From NCBI RefSeq assembly GCF_009914755.1, contig NC_060943.1: DNA of 64,000 nt. One strand, given 5' to 3'. The first letter of the stretch is position 1. Every line of letters begins with the position of its first letter. The notes below the pieces were generated by a model, which was given only the letters and a program-made list of their open reading frames with translations, was not told the origin of the DNA and did not search any database. The DNA comes from the human T2T-CHM13v2.0 reference genome, Homo sapiens. Position numbers and translations under genes: made by a program. Below are positions 18,660 through 34,930 of this stretch, piece by piece.

Positions 18660-19857
18660 ACCAAACCAAGTGTTGGTGAGAATATGAAGCAACTGGACTC
18701 ATATACTGTTGGTGGGAACATAAATGGGACAATGACCTTGGAAAATAGTTTGACAGTTCCTTAATAAATTAAATACCTGCCTAGTATAAGGCCCAGTTAT
18801 AGATATTTACCCGAGAAATGAAAGTATGTATCCAAACATTTGTGTATACATTTTTTTTTTTTGAGATATAAGTCTCGCTTTGTTGCCCAGGCTAGAGTAC
18901 AGTGGTGCGATCTGGGCTCACTGCAACCTCTGCCTCCAGGTTCAGGCGATTCTCGTGCCTCAGCCTCCCCAGTAGCTGGGACTACAGGAGTGCACCACCA
19001 CACCCAGCTAATTTTTGTATTTTTAGTGGAGATAGGTTTTCACCGTGTTGACCAGGCTGGTCTCAAACTACTAAGCTCAGGTGATCTGCCTGCCTTAGCC
19101 TCCCAAATTGCTGGGATTATAGGCATGAGCCACCACACTCAGCCAGTGTGTAAATGTTTACAGCAGCCTTTTTCTAGTAACCAAAAATTAGAAACAAACT
19201 AAATATCCATCAACAGGAGAATGGATAAACAAACTGTGGCATATTCATATAATGAAATACTACTCAGTAAGGAAAAGGATGAATTATTGACTTTCGGAAC
19301 ACGCGTTAATCAGAATAATCATGCTGAGTGAAGGAAGGCAGTGTATTTTATGTAATTCCACTTATATAAAATTCTAGAAAATACAAGCTAATCCATAGTG
19401 TGAGAAAGGAGATGAGAGGTTGCCTGGGGATGAACAGGAGCATGAAAGGTGGCAGAGAGGGGCAGGGGGAAGGAATTACAAAGGAGCATGAGGACCCTTG
19501 TCAGAATGATAGATATATTTATTATCTTTTTTTCTTTTTCAGGAGCTACCCTATTAATTATCTTTTTAAAATAAACTTTTTTAGAGGCAGGGCCTCACTC
19601 ACAACAGCCTCACTGTTGCTCAGGCTGCAGTGCAGTGACATGATCATAGCTCACCGCAGCCTTGTCCTCTTGGGCTCAAGTGATCTTCCAGCCTTAGCCT
19701 CCCGAGTATCTGGGATTGCAGACATGCACCATCATGCTCAGATAATTTATTTTCTTTTGATTTTTGCTATAGATAAGGTTTTGCTATGTTGCCCAGGCTG
19801 ATCTTAAACTCCTGGGCACAAGCAATTCTCCTGCCTCAGCCTCCCAGGATCAGTTTA

Positions 19858-20740
<883 letters not shown>

Positions 20741-21031
20741 TTAACCTGAATACTTGGGCTTTAATGCTTTACATTTTTTTTTAAATACTCATTGCATTCA
20801 ATCATGAAATGTGAGAAGTTCATGCACCTGAAAAGGAGAGACCTCAAGTCAGTCCATTATCCTCAGAGACACCATATTAATTGCATCATTATGGAATCGT
20901 GGTAAACATTTTGAAGGACATGATTCTAACCACCCTACTTATACTTTTCTGGGCAGTTTGAGCAGTTCCAGGATCCAGTACTTGGAGGCTGAGCACAGGG
21001 GTGACCTCAGTGCCTGCTCATCTGATACTCA

Positions 21032-21199
<168 letters not shown>

Positions 21200-22707
21200 T
21201 CACCACTCTCCCTGGGCCTGCAAGGGGACACCTGCACTGGCCACCCATGGATCCAAACCCATCAGAAGCCCACTCCTCCCCTGCCATCCCCAGTCCCCAT
21301 CAGGCCAGACAAGTGCACACAGCCAAGGAGCATCATGATAGCTGCTCATTGTGTGGCCCTCTTGTCCTTCCCTCCTCAGAGCTTCCCTGGCTGTCCCCAA
21401 GAGTCACCCTCTAGCTCTTCCATGTGTCCCACAGCACTCCCCCCAGTGATGTCTCATGTGGCTCCCCCTGCAGAGCAGGGCGACTTCCTGAGAAGCAAGT
21501 GATATCCTTATTGTTTTTCGCTTTGTTTTGTTTTTGAGATGGGGTCTTGCTCTGTTGCCCAGAGTGGAGTGCAGTGGTACGATCATAGCTCACCGCAGCC
21601 TCAAACTCCCGCTTCAGCCACACGAGTAGACGGGACTACAGATGTTCACCACCATGCCTAGGTAATTTTTGTATTTTTTTGTAGAGACAGGATCTCACTA
21701 CATTGCCCAGACTGGTCTCGAACTTCTAGCTTCAAGTGATCCTCCCACCTCAGCCTCCCAAAGTGTTGGGATTATAGGTGCGAGTGCTGCACCTGGCCCA
21801 CTCTCTTATCTTTATCAATCCTGGAACTCTAGCATTGAGCACATTGCCTCACACCTCATAGGGGCTTAATATAAGCTTTTAGGTGGCTTATCTCCAAGAT
21901 GAGAGTAATGAAAACTAGCTCCTATACACAATGAAAGTCAGAGAGCTCCGCTTTAGGTAACTGTAACTGGGAGTCTCTGAGACGTTTCTGGGTCTAGTCC
22001 AATCATTTTCTTGGCACGAGCCATTCATTCACACCTACTAGAGGCAAAACACCATGACAGCAATGAAGAAACCTTGTCTTCATCCCCAAAGTGGTGAGAA
22101 GGGAGGAAAAACACCCAAATAATTATTACAGAACATAGAATTATGGAATGAGCCGGGAGAAAGGCTCTCACTAAAAATGAAAAAAAAAAAAAAAGAGCAT
22201 CAATGAGATGTGGGATAAAAACACTATTGTTTTCTATTTGAAGCCAGTAATTAGCACAAAGTGCTGGGGTGGGCAGGGAGGGAAGATTCCTCCAGGTCTG
22301 GGGCCAGCCTGGGAATTTCAAATGCTTTCCTTCGAGAAAATCACACAGGCGTTTAGACTGGGCTTTCAGAGATGCCCACTGGTCCCACATTTGGAAATGT
22401 GACGGAACAGCATTCTAGGAAGAGGGAACGGCATGAACAAAGGAATGGAGCAAGACATTGGTTGCAGTGCTCGGAAATCATAAGCACGATTCTCCGTTTT
22501 GCTAGACTAGAGGCATCTTCGAGGGTGGGGCTTGGGGGCATGGTGGGGACAATTCCCATGGGAAGGGCTTCCAGAGCAGATGGAGGAAATCCCAAGGCCT
22601 AGTGAGGAGCACCCACTGACAGTGGCCCCAGGAATGTTAGGTAGTGGTCAGCACGAGACACAAGGCTGGGAAGGGTGGCACAGAGTGGGGGCATCTTTCA
22701 GGAGTGA

Positions 22708-23082
<375 letters not shown>

Positions 23083-23472
23083 TAGCTAATTTTTGTATTT
23101 TGGTAGAGATGGGGTTTTACCATGTTGGCCAGGGTGGTCTCAAACTCCTGACCTCAGGCAATCCGCCTGCCTTGGCCTCCCAAAGTACTGGGATTACATG
23201 TGTGAACCACTGCACCTGGCCAGAAAAGGTTTTCTTAACCTTTGAATCCCAAGGGCTGGCGTCCAGCAGGTCCTCCAAAAAGGCTGCATAAGATTTTTTT
23301 TTTTTAAAGAGTGAATCCCCCCTCATACCATCACAATCATTCCTAACTATGGTCCCCTCGTCAATCCTGTCTCTACTGGGCATAAAAACCCTCATGGGCA
23401 GCACCACTCTCTCAACGGCAGGCAAATGTCCAGCATGGCTTATCAGGCTGATATAGGTTGGTTCCTACCAAG

Positions 23473-24683
23473 TGTTATGGGATTTTTGGGGTGTCGATTT
23501 TTCTGGCCGGAACCTCTGTGGCCACAGTGCCTTTGCCTGAGTTCTTGTCCTGCATCCAGGAAGAATGAGGTACACAGACAAGTGAAGGGTGAAGAGGAGT
23601 TTTATTTAGTGTTAGAAGAGCTCAGAGGAGTGGGTAGCTCCTCTCTGGAGACAGATTGTCCCATGAGCTCAAGCATTCAGCTCTCAACAGAGAGGAGGCC
23701 CTGGAGAGAGTGGCTCCTCTCCGCAGGCAAGTCATTCCAATGTCTCTGCAGGTCTCTGAAGCTTGCAGCAGAGTGTAGCTCCTCTCTGCTGGCAGGTGGT
23801 CTCTGTAGCTTTCAGCGGAGAAGGTACTCCTCTCTGTAGCTGGTCACCCCACCGTCTCCAGCTATCAGCAGAGAGGGTACGGCTCTCTGCAGCTGGTCAT
23901 CCTGTCCCCTCGTCTCTACCATCTTCATCCTCTGGCTATTCTCTGCGCTGCTCTGGCTGAGCCCAGGGTTTTTATGGACCTCAGCGGGGAAGAAGTGTGT
24001 GCTGATTGGGCCATTGGCAGGCCCAGAAAAGGCTCCACGAGTTTCCACTCTGGTCAGAGGGACTGGCAGCCCAGCCCCCAGAATTCAGGCCCTCCCTGGC
24101 CTGAGGGTGGGGCCTTACTGGGGACCCCACCCCCTTCCTCCTGCTGCCATTCATGGCTGCAGGTCTTGGCTCCGACTCCCCTCCAAGATCAGAGCAGTTG
24201 CTGGAGTGGAGAGAGGCCAGGCAGTGGAAGCAGACACCCCTGAACCTGCAGGGATGGAGGGTGAAGGGGGCTGTCCTTCCTGGGATGGCCGATGGTGCAG
24301 GCTGCAGAGATGCCCTCGTCCTGTGCCTGGGGGGGCAGCCACAGCTGCACCTGGGAGCTCCCACCCCGCCAACTTGGAAGAGGCAGGGCTCCCACTTGTC
24401 CCTGGCTCCTGCCTGCGCGGCTGCAGCTGCATCTGGAAGGGCAAATTCTGCCTGTTCCCGGCTCCCCCAGGAGCAGAGAGGCTCGGATCCACAGCTGCAG
24501 TTTGGGTGGCTGTAGCCCTGCCCAAGAGGGTGGGGCTCCTGCCTGCTCCATAGAGCAGAAGGCCTGGGTCTGCAGCAGCGGTTTGCGGCTCCAGTCCCAA
24601 CTCATGAGGGACGGGGCTTCCACCGGCTCCATGAAGTGTGCAGCCCTAGCCACACAGCGTGATGGCAGCAGCCACTGCCATCA
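23473..24683 (-). mobile_element. GC-rich ERV1 solo LTR, MER52-like (1211 bp)
   Basis: TG...CA termini with perfect 4-bp TSD CAAG (23469-23472, 24684-24687). Minus strand starts TGATGGCAG, as in the recalled MER52 consensus, and carries an AATAAA near 23601-23606. Confidence 0.85.
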
Positions 24684-25040
24684 CAAGGACCCAAATTCAT
24701 TTCTTGCTTCCCCTCCTCTTCCTGCGCAGAGTCCCTGTGCTTCAGCACTCAGCGTGGGCTTCCATTTCCCAAACAGCAAATAATTCATTCTTTTTTAGGC
24801 CTTGGTATTTGCTGTCTTCTGCACCCAGAATTCTTTCCTTACTCCCTGCCAGGCCCAGGCCAACTCTCCAGGCTGACGTCACTGCCCTTCTGGTACACAC
24901 ATCAACAGCAGTTCTTGTTTTACCATTGTGTACAGAATTATTTATGGGCTTGTCTATCCTACAGACCGTGTGGCCATAAGCTGTCAGTTGTGGGTATCAG
25001 CACACAGCAGGGACTCATTAATGTTTGGGGCTTTAAATAA

Positions 25041-25519
<479 letters not shown>

Positions 25520-25611
25520 TGAGGCAAAAAATAAAATAAATAAAAAATACCTAGGTGTGGTGGTGCACACCTGTAGTCCCAGCTACTCAGGAGCCTGAGG
25601 CAGGAGGATCA

Positions 25612-25758
<147 letters not shown>

Positions 25759-26510
25759 CTAGGGGAAGGGCGAGAGTGGAAGCAGAGAAACCAGTGAGGA
25801 TCTGCCGCAGCAGTCCAGACAGATGCTGGAGGCCGGGGTGTGGGTGGAGATGGGAACAGCTGGCAGATGTATGTAGTGGGTATATCGGATGGGACTTGCT
25901 GATGGGGTGTACATGGTGGGTGGAGGAGGGAAAAATGAAGAATGGCTATATCCAGCAGTGCAGCAGGTGTACGTCGTCCAGGAGTTAACTCCGGGCACGG
26001 GGACGAATGCTACAGGGGAGGCAGGGTGCTCCTGTCCAACTGTGGCCGACCCTGGGGCAGAAGATTGTTAACGCCGGGCACAGTGGCTCACGCCTGTGAT
26101 ACCAACACTTTAGGAGGCTAAGGAGCTCAAGACCACCATAGGAACATAGCAAGATCCCTGTTTCCACAAAAATATTGAACAATTAGCCGGGAGTAGTGGC
26201 GCGCGCCTGTAGTCTCAGCTCCTCGGGAGGCTGGGGTGGGAAGATCGCTTGAGCCCAGGAGTTCGAGGATGCAGTGAGCTATGATCGCACCACTGCACTC
26301 TAGCCTGGGCGACAGAGCGAGACCCTGTTTCTTAAAAAAAAAAAAAAAAGTTTAGAACACGAAAAATCAAGGCTTCCTCAACTGAAAACCACTTTCTCTT
26401 GTGCCGCCCCCTTGACTGGATCTCAGGCCAAACCCCAACCCGCCCCAACACTTTACCCCTAATTCCCGGCCCCACAGAGCCCCACGCGCGGCGGGCGAGC
26501 ATCTACTTAC

Positions 26511-26549
26511 GAAATGACTCCTGCGGCCTCTCCGAAATCCCAGGAGCAT
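26511..26549 (-). CDS. CEP89: CEP89 (centrosomal protein 89, distal appendage) coding exon 1, MLLGFRRGRRSHF
   Basis: ATG 26549-26547, donor GTAAGT at 26510-26505. Matches the recalled CEP89 N-terminus. Exons 1-5 splice in one frame (39+107+159+187+103 nt). Confidence 0.96.
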
Positions 26550-26929
26550 CCTTGCAGCGCGAGGAGAATGGACCGGGGCCTGGACTCATCAGCAGATCTA
26601 TCCACAGCCAGGGACCACTCCCTAAAGCCCGCCGCAGGCCCAGCCCTCACGCTTTCTCTTCGCAATGGACTTTGCAGCAACCACGTCGGCCATTGGCTCA
26701 GCTCGGCCCTCGACCAATCAGAGCTAAGGTTACTTCCACACCGGTCGTTCTTGGCAACCAGTGGGTACCGTTCAAATCCCCGCCAGGGCGGAAACGTCCG
26801 CCCTTATCCGTTCTCTTATTGGTCAGGTTAGACGTCCATTTCTGACGCCACAGCCTATCCGGCGCTGCGGGAGGCGGAGGGCGGGCTGGATGAAGGACTG
26901 GGCGAGCACCGAGGGCGTGAACCCGGAAG

Positions 26930-27038
26930 GTGGCGCGGCCACCAGTAACATGATCTCTAGACTGGGACGGTGGGGTTCCTGCCGGCTGTATTCGGGCCTT
27001 GGACTGGACTGAGAAGCTACGGTGCGGATCCAGCTGGG
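26930..27038 (+). other. FAAP24: FAAP24 non-coding first exon (start approximate)
   Basis: Lies in the CpG island. Probable donor GGG/GTATCA at 27038/27039. The next exon starts only 13 nt before the ATG, so an upstream exon is required. Confidence 0.65.
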
Positions 27039-27871
27039 GTATCAGGGGCTAGGCACGTGATGAAAATGAAGGACGCGGACACCAGGACAGGAATCTCCTG
27101 GTTCTTAGAGAATTTATTTCGCCACAAATAATTGGCAAACGGGATCTCGCTGTATTGCTCAGGCTGGTCTCGAACTCCTGGGCACAAGCGATCCTCACGC
27201 CTCAGCCTTGCCCAATGTTGGGATTACAGACGTGAGCTACCATGCCCAGCCCAGGATTCTTTTAAAACTTAAATCTGATCGTGCCTCTGGCCTTATTGGA
27301 ATCCAATGCCATTACCACCTCCACCACCACACATCCCGTCTCCAGCCACCCTGGCCTTCATTCAGGCCTTTGTGTTTTCTTTTTCTTTTCTTTTTTTTTT
27401 TTTTTTTTGAGACGAGTCTTGCTCTGTCGCCCAGGCTGGAGTGCAGTGGCGCGATCTCGGCTCACTGCAACCTCCGCCTTCCGGATTCAAGCAATTCTCT
27501 GCCTCAGCCTCCCAAGTGGCTGGGATTACAGGTGCCCACCACCAAGCCCGGCTAATTTTTTTGTATTTTTAGTAGAGACGCGGTTTCACTATCTTGGCCA
27601 GGCTGGTCTTGAACTCCTGACCTTGTGATCCACCCGCCTCGCTCGGCCTCCCAAAGTGCTGGGATTACAGGTGTGAGCCACCGCGCCCAGCCTGTGTTTT
27701 CTTATTAGTAATTATAAAGGGAATCTTATTTGACAGTTCTTTGACAAATAATTCAGTTTGCAGAGGGGATCCTGCCCCAGAGGCCCTGGCTTGGAGTGGA
27801 ATGCAGGGCCGTGTGCGGGAGAGCCTGCTCAAGTGCCGCCTGGCTTTTCCCTCCTTAGGTGGAGACCATCC

Positions 27872-27977
27872 ATGGAAAAGAACCCCCCTGATGATACGGG
27901 CCCCGTGCACGTGCCTTTGGGGCATATTGTGGCCAATGAGAAATGGCGCGGGTCACAGCTGGCGCAGGAGATGCAAG
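27872..27977 (+). CDS. FAAP24: FAAP24 (Fanconi anemia core complex-associated protein 24) first coding exon (exon 2, 27859-27977), MEKNPPDDTG...LAQEMQ
   Basis: Acceptor CCTTAG at 27858, ATG at 27872, donor GT at 27978. Matches the recalled FAAP24 N-terminus. Confidence 0.96.
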
Positions 27978-28045
27978 GTCGGTGGCCTGCCCTCTGCCAG
28001 CCCTTTCCTCCCCTGACATATTAAAAAAAAAAAATCTGCCTATTA

Positions 28046-28637
<592 letters not shown>

Positions 28638-28734
28638 TTAAAATCATTGGCCAGGTCAGGCACGAAGTGATAGCATTCTTAACCTGAAAAGCAATTTGGT
28701 TGCAAAATGACTTACTGTCTTTTTTCCTTTCAAG

Positions 28735-28887
28735 TCCAATAATCTTAAAGGAATTGTAGTCGTTGAAAAAACCCGGATGAGTGAACAATACTTCCCAGCC
28801 CTACAGAAGTTTACTGTGCTGGACCTTGGAATGGTGCTGCTTCCAGTGGCCAGCCAGATGGAAGCATCCTGCCTCGTCATCCAGTTG
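28735..28887 (+). CDS. FAAP24: FAAP24 exon 4 (SNNLKGIVVVEKTRMSEQYF...CLVIQL)
   Basis: AG 28733-28734, GTGAGT at 28888. 153 nt, phase 0-0. Confidence 0.96.
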
Positions 28888-29169
28888 GTGAGTACCGATT
28901 CCTACACCTTCGTGGTAGTCCTGTCCTCATGGACACTCAGCTGCTCTCCAGAAGCAACCATCAATCCAATCTATGTCATTCTCTGACTTGGTTTATAAAA
29001 TCTCTTCGAGGAATTTAAATGCGGAAGCTGCCTCTGCAGCCAGCTCAGCTTGTCACACACTCCAGGCAAGTGTATCACAAAGTATACAAGTTGGAGACCT
29101 GATTTTAGATTCTCAGGGTGTGATGGCTCCATCAGTCATTATCCTGCCCTTTCGCTGGTGAAAACGTCA

Positions 29170-29826
<657 letters not shown>

Positions 29827-29864
29827 TGAGCCACCATGCCTGGGCAGTTTTTTTTTTTTTTTAG

Positions 29865-30071
<207 letters not shown>

Positions 30072-30152
30072 TGACCTCAGGTGATCTGCCTGCCTCAGCC
30101 TCCCAAAGTTTTGGGCCACCGCACCAACCAACACTTTTTTTTTTTTTTTTGA

Positions 30153-30446
<294 letters not shown>

Positions 30447-31104
30447 TAAAATCAGTTTAGTAGCTTACGCCTCTGATCCCAGCATGGGGAACATCAATTG
30501 TGTGTGTGTGTTGTTTGTTTTTTTCACTTTTGTTTTCTTTGTTATGTGTATGTTGTTTTTAAATCACCCCCTCTGATGTGGAGCTAGAGTTGAGAGCCAC
30601 ATTGAAGATGCAAGCAGCCATGAATGGTTCACAGATCCCTCTCTACCATATCCCTTGCGTCACCGTTCCTAACTTTCCTTGATATAACACTGTTGTCTGC
30701 CTTAGTATAACCACCACTAACTAGACCAGGTTTCTCCTTTGAGGCAGGCTTCCTGCAGCTCCTGCGTGAAGTAGGCCTAGTTTAGGTGTAGCCATCATTT
30801 AATCCTGCACAACTGAAATGTTTCTTAATGGACCAACAGAAAGTGTTTGAATTCATCTGTGTGTTTTTCTAAACATTCTGAAAACGCACATTTTTGTAAA
30901 TTAATGTCTTAACTCCTTTGTGTGGTTCACCTTTCAATAATTTTACTGATGTCTGAGAAATTATATTCATGATACATGAAAACATTTGTTCCCTTAAGTC
31001 AAGCTGAGCCAAATGGAAAAACGCAATTTCTACAAAACATATTTTAAGAAAACGGCCAGTCCTCCAGAGGGCGCTCACGTGCTGTTGCTTTCATTGTGGT
31101 TCAG

Positions 31105-31356
31105 GTTCAAGAGCAAACCAAAGAACCCAGTAAGAACCCTCTTCTCGGGAAGAAACGGGCCCTGCTGCTGTCTGAGCCTTCGCTCCTTCGAACCGTGCAG
31201 CAGATCCCAGGAGTTGGAAAAGTTAAAGCTCCCCTTCTCCTCCAGAAGTTTCCAAGCATCCAGCAACTGAGTAATGCTTCCATTGGGGAACTGGAGCAGG
31301 TGGTCGGACAAGCAGTGGCACAGCAGATCCATGCCTTCTTCACACAGCCCAGGTGA
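31105..31356 (+). CDS. FAAP24: FAAP24 last exon CDS (VQEQTKEPS...[10 protein letters not shown]...FFTQPR*), tandem helix-hairpin-helix domain
   Basis: AG 31103-31104, HhH motif IPGVG, TGA ending at 31356. Total CDS 648 nt = 215 aa. Confidence 0.97.
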   Translation, partial: VQEQTKEPSKNPLLGKKRALLLSEPSLLRTVQQIPGVGKVKAPLLLQKFPSIQQLSNASIGELEQVVGQAVAQQIHAFFTQPR

Positions 31357-31439
31357 GGGCTGGCCTCAGGGCCACGGCATCTTCTCCCGAGACCACAAAC
31401 ACCAGGATCTTGTTTTCAGCTTTAAAAACCAAGAGAATG

Positions 31440-31830
<391 letters not shown>

Positions 31831-32150
31831 TCAGTTTGTGAAGTTAGTGGGCCGCAGAGGGCACTGCCTTCATTCTGCTAAGACGAAAAGGGCTGGTGGG
31901 ATCTTCGCAAGAGAGTCAGGGACTCACACTCAGCAAAAAGCATTAGGGCCGATTTTAATGTGCGACCTTGACCTGCATCTGTCATGGAAAGTGCCTTCTA
32001 AAAAGCTTCAGTGGTGGATGTGACCATCTGAAGGAAACAAATGTACAAGGAAGCACTGTGTATCCTAAGCCCTGGGTTCCCAGAGTTTCACCTGCTGTTC
32101 ATCAGGTCTGGCCTTCATATACCCGTACTGCGAGGGCTGTTTCCAATGTA

Positions 32151-32156
32151 AATAAA
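32151..32156 (+). terminator. FAAP24: Probable FAAP24 polyadenylation signal
   Basis: AATAAA directly preceded by TGTA and followed ~20 nt later by a U-rich pyrimidine tract. Confidence 0.7.
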
Positions 32157-32331
32157 TAACTGCGCAACAGTTCCTTCCTCCTTTCCTTTGTTCCTCCCTC
32201 CCCCCGGCCTTTTTTTTTGGCAGATGTACAGTTTGTTTATAATCACTGCGTATGTCTTCTGCACACAGAAAGTATGAAGTCTGAAGTTCCCACTTAAAGT
32301 TGAAAACTCAACGGCCGGGCATAGTGGCTCA

Positions 32332-32625
<294 letters not shown>

Positions 32626-32764
32626 TCAACATGCATGAGGCAGAACAGGCTGTGTTTGTATATGAAAGGCCCAACAATGGAAGGATACAAGAAAATGATG
32701 GCAGCAGCTGCATCTAGTGAGGGAAGCAGGGGCTGGGGATCAAAAGGTACAAATTGCCCATTCA

Positions 32765-33160
<396 letters not shown>

Positions 33161-33282
33161 TTAGTAACTAAAAAAATCAGAACATTAGAAACTGTGTGCA
33201 TTGGGGAGAAACAATTTGAAAGAGGAGGGAATGAAAATGAAATAAAAGTAAAAAGAAATATTAACTCGGGTAAATGAATATG

Positions 33283-33288
33283 TTTATT
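33283..33288 (-). terminator. RHPN2: Probable distal RHPN2 polyadenylation signal
   Basis: TTTATT on plus = AATAAA on minus, followed on the minus strand by a strongly U-rich downstream element (~33260-33230). Confidence 0.75.
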
Positions 33289-33469
33289 TAAATATGTATA
33301 CAAGCATGGCCCTAGGAGCAGCAGATACACTTTCCCAAAGGTGGTTGCTTCCTTTAAGATATTGCACAATAGAAAATAAACTCTTGTCAATCCTTAAAAT
33401 TAGTCTTCAATGCTATGTATTTTAGCTATGTAACTTGTACTGTGTCAACAGTGAACCTTATTAGATTCA

Positions 33470-33861
<392 letters not shown>

Positions 33862-34669
33862 TCATTTACATCTTTACTTTATAAAATGTAAAACTACTTT
33901 TTTACCCAAGACTTAAAATATAGAATTATGTAACTTCTACTTTAAACAAAATGAAAAATGTTTTGAGTATCAAACAGTATATTATCTACCTTGTAGACAG
34001 CATCTTCATCTAACACTGCCACTGTGTTAGTAATTCTTAAATGACATCAAACTAGAAGAAAAGCTGCTCCTACATTGTTTTTATTTAATAAGACAAATTT
34101 GGCACTAGACTTTTTCTAGAAATAGCATTCATAGTCTATCGATATAATAGTAACATCTTGTTTTAGGTTAATGAATTCCTATTAGGAAGCAGCACTTTGG
34201 GACAGTTTTTAGTGACACTAATTTAATTCTATCATTACAGTCCTCTGACCTGCCTTAATTCCAGGATCATCTGAATTCTAGGTTAAGGAATGATTATTAG
34301 CCAAACCTGGAAACAACTACAAATTGTACTGATATAGGTAACCCCAATTTAATAGTGACTAAAAGTCATAATTGTCACCATTAAAAATAGCCATATTTCA
34401 TATCTTCAACACTATTCTATTTACAATACTTTATATAATAAATAACTTACAGCAGTATAGTAACACACCTCAAAAAAGTTCTTTTTTCACTAATTCCTAG
34501 AGGTTTCTTGGTTACTTTCCTTCATAAAAACACATCAAATGTGAGTTTACACTATGAGAAAAACAGGATTTGAGAACAGATAGATAGATATTTTCCATTA
34601 TGGCACAAACGTTTAAGGCCGAGTCAGCACCGGAAATGTTCAGGGCCTGAACATGTTTGTTTCCTCACA

Positions 34670-34930
34670 TTAGTACCAAGAACTGTCTGAGTTGAGAAGG
34701 CTGAAAGGGGAGGGCAGCTTCTTCTTGACCTGAGGCCGTGCAGCCCCGACCGATGGGAGGCACAAGGTGCTGGCTGACTTCTGTCTGTTCTTGTTGGTGC
34801 CCCAACTCAGGAAGGAAAGCTTCTTGGAGATTTTCTTGGTTTTATCAGTTTTGTCGTCATCATCAATGGCTAAGCAGATCATGGAGTACGTTTTCTGCAT
34901 TCCCACGGAGTATGTGGCACTCTTATTATG
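34670..34930 (-). CDS. RHPN2: RHPN2 (rhophilin-2) last coding exon ([10 protein letters not shown]...LLNSDSSWY*)
   Basis: AG 34932-34931, TAA 34672-34670. ORF 34670..34936 matches the recalled rhophilin-2 C-terminus. Confidence 0.96.
   Translation of the reverse strand, partial: HNKSATYSVGMQKTYSMICLAIDDDDKTDKTKKISKKLSFLSWGTNKNRQKSASTLCLPSVGAARPQVKKKLPSPFSLLNSDSSWY

Larger units (their letters stand above)
26400..27080. promoter_or_regulatory. CpG island / bidirectional promoter shared by CEP89 and FAAP24
   Basis: CpG-dense, repeat-free stretch between the divergent first exons. CCAAT boxes at 26692-26696 (rev), 26714-26718 and 26818-26822 (rev), GC boxes, an ETS-like CCGGAAG near 26922 and a TGACG half-CRE near 26843. 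Confidence 0.9.

Noticed and set aside
24659-24684. 10-bp perfect hairpin GTGATGGCAG-N6-CTGCCATCAC
   Set aside because: It sits at the LTR terminus and probably derives from the element's own internal inverted motif. No evidence of independent function.
23426-24979. Cluster of long overlapping ORFs (up to 184 aa) on both strands
   Set aside because: They mostly fall within the GC-rich solo LTR, where stop codons are rare. No gag/pol/env motifs.
26399-26845. 148-aa plus-strand ORF across the promoter
   Set aside because: Non-ATG start, CpG-island composition, antisense to CEP89 exon 1; expected by chance.
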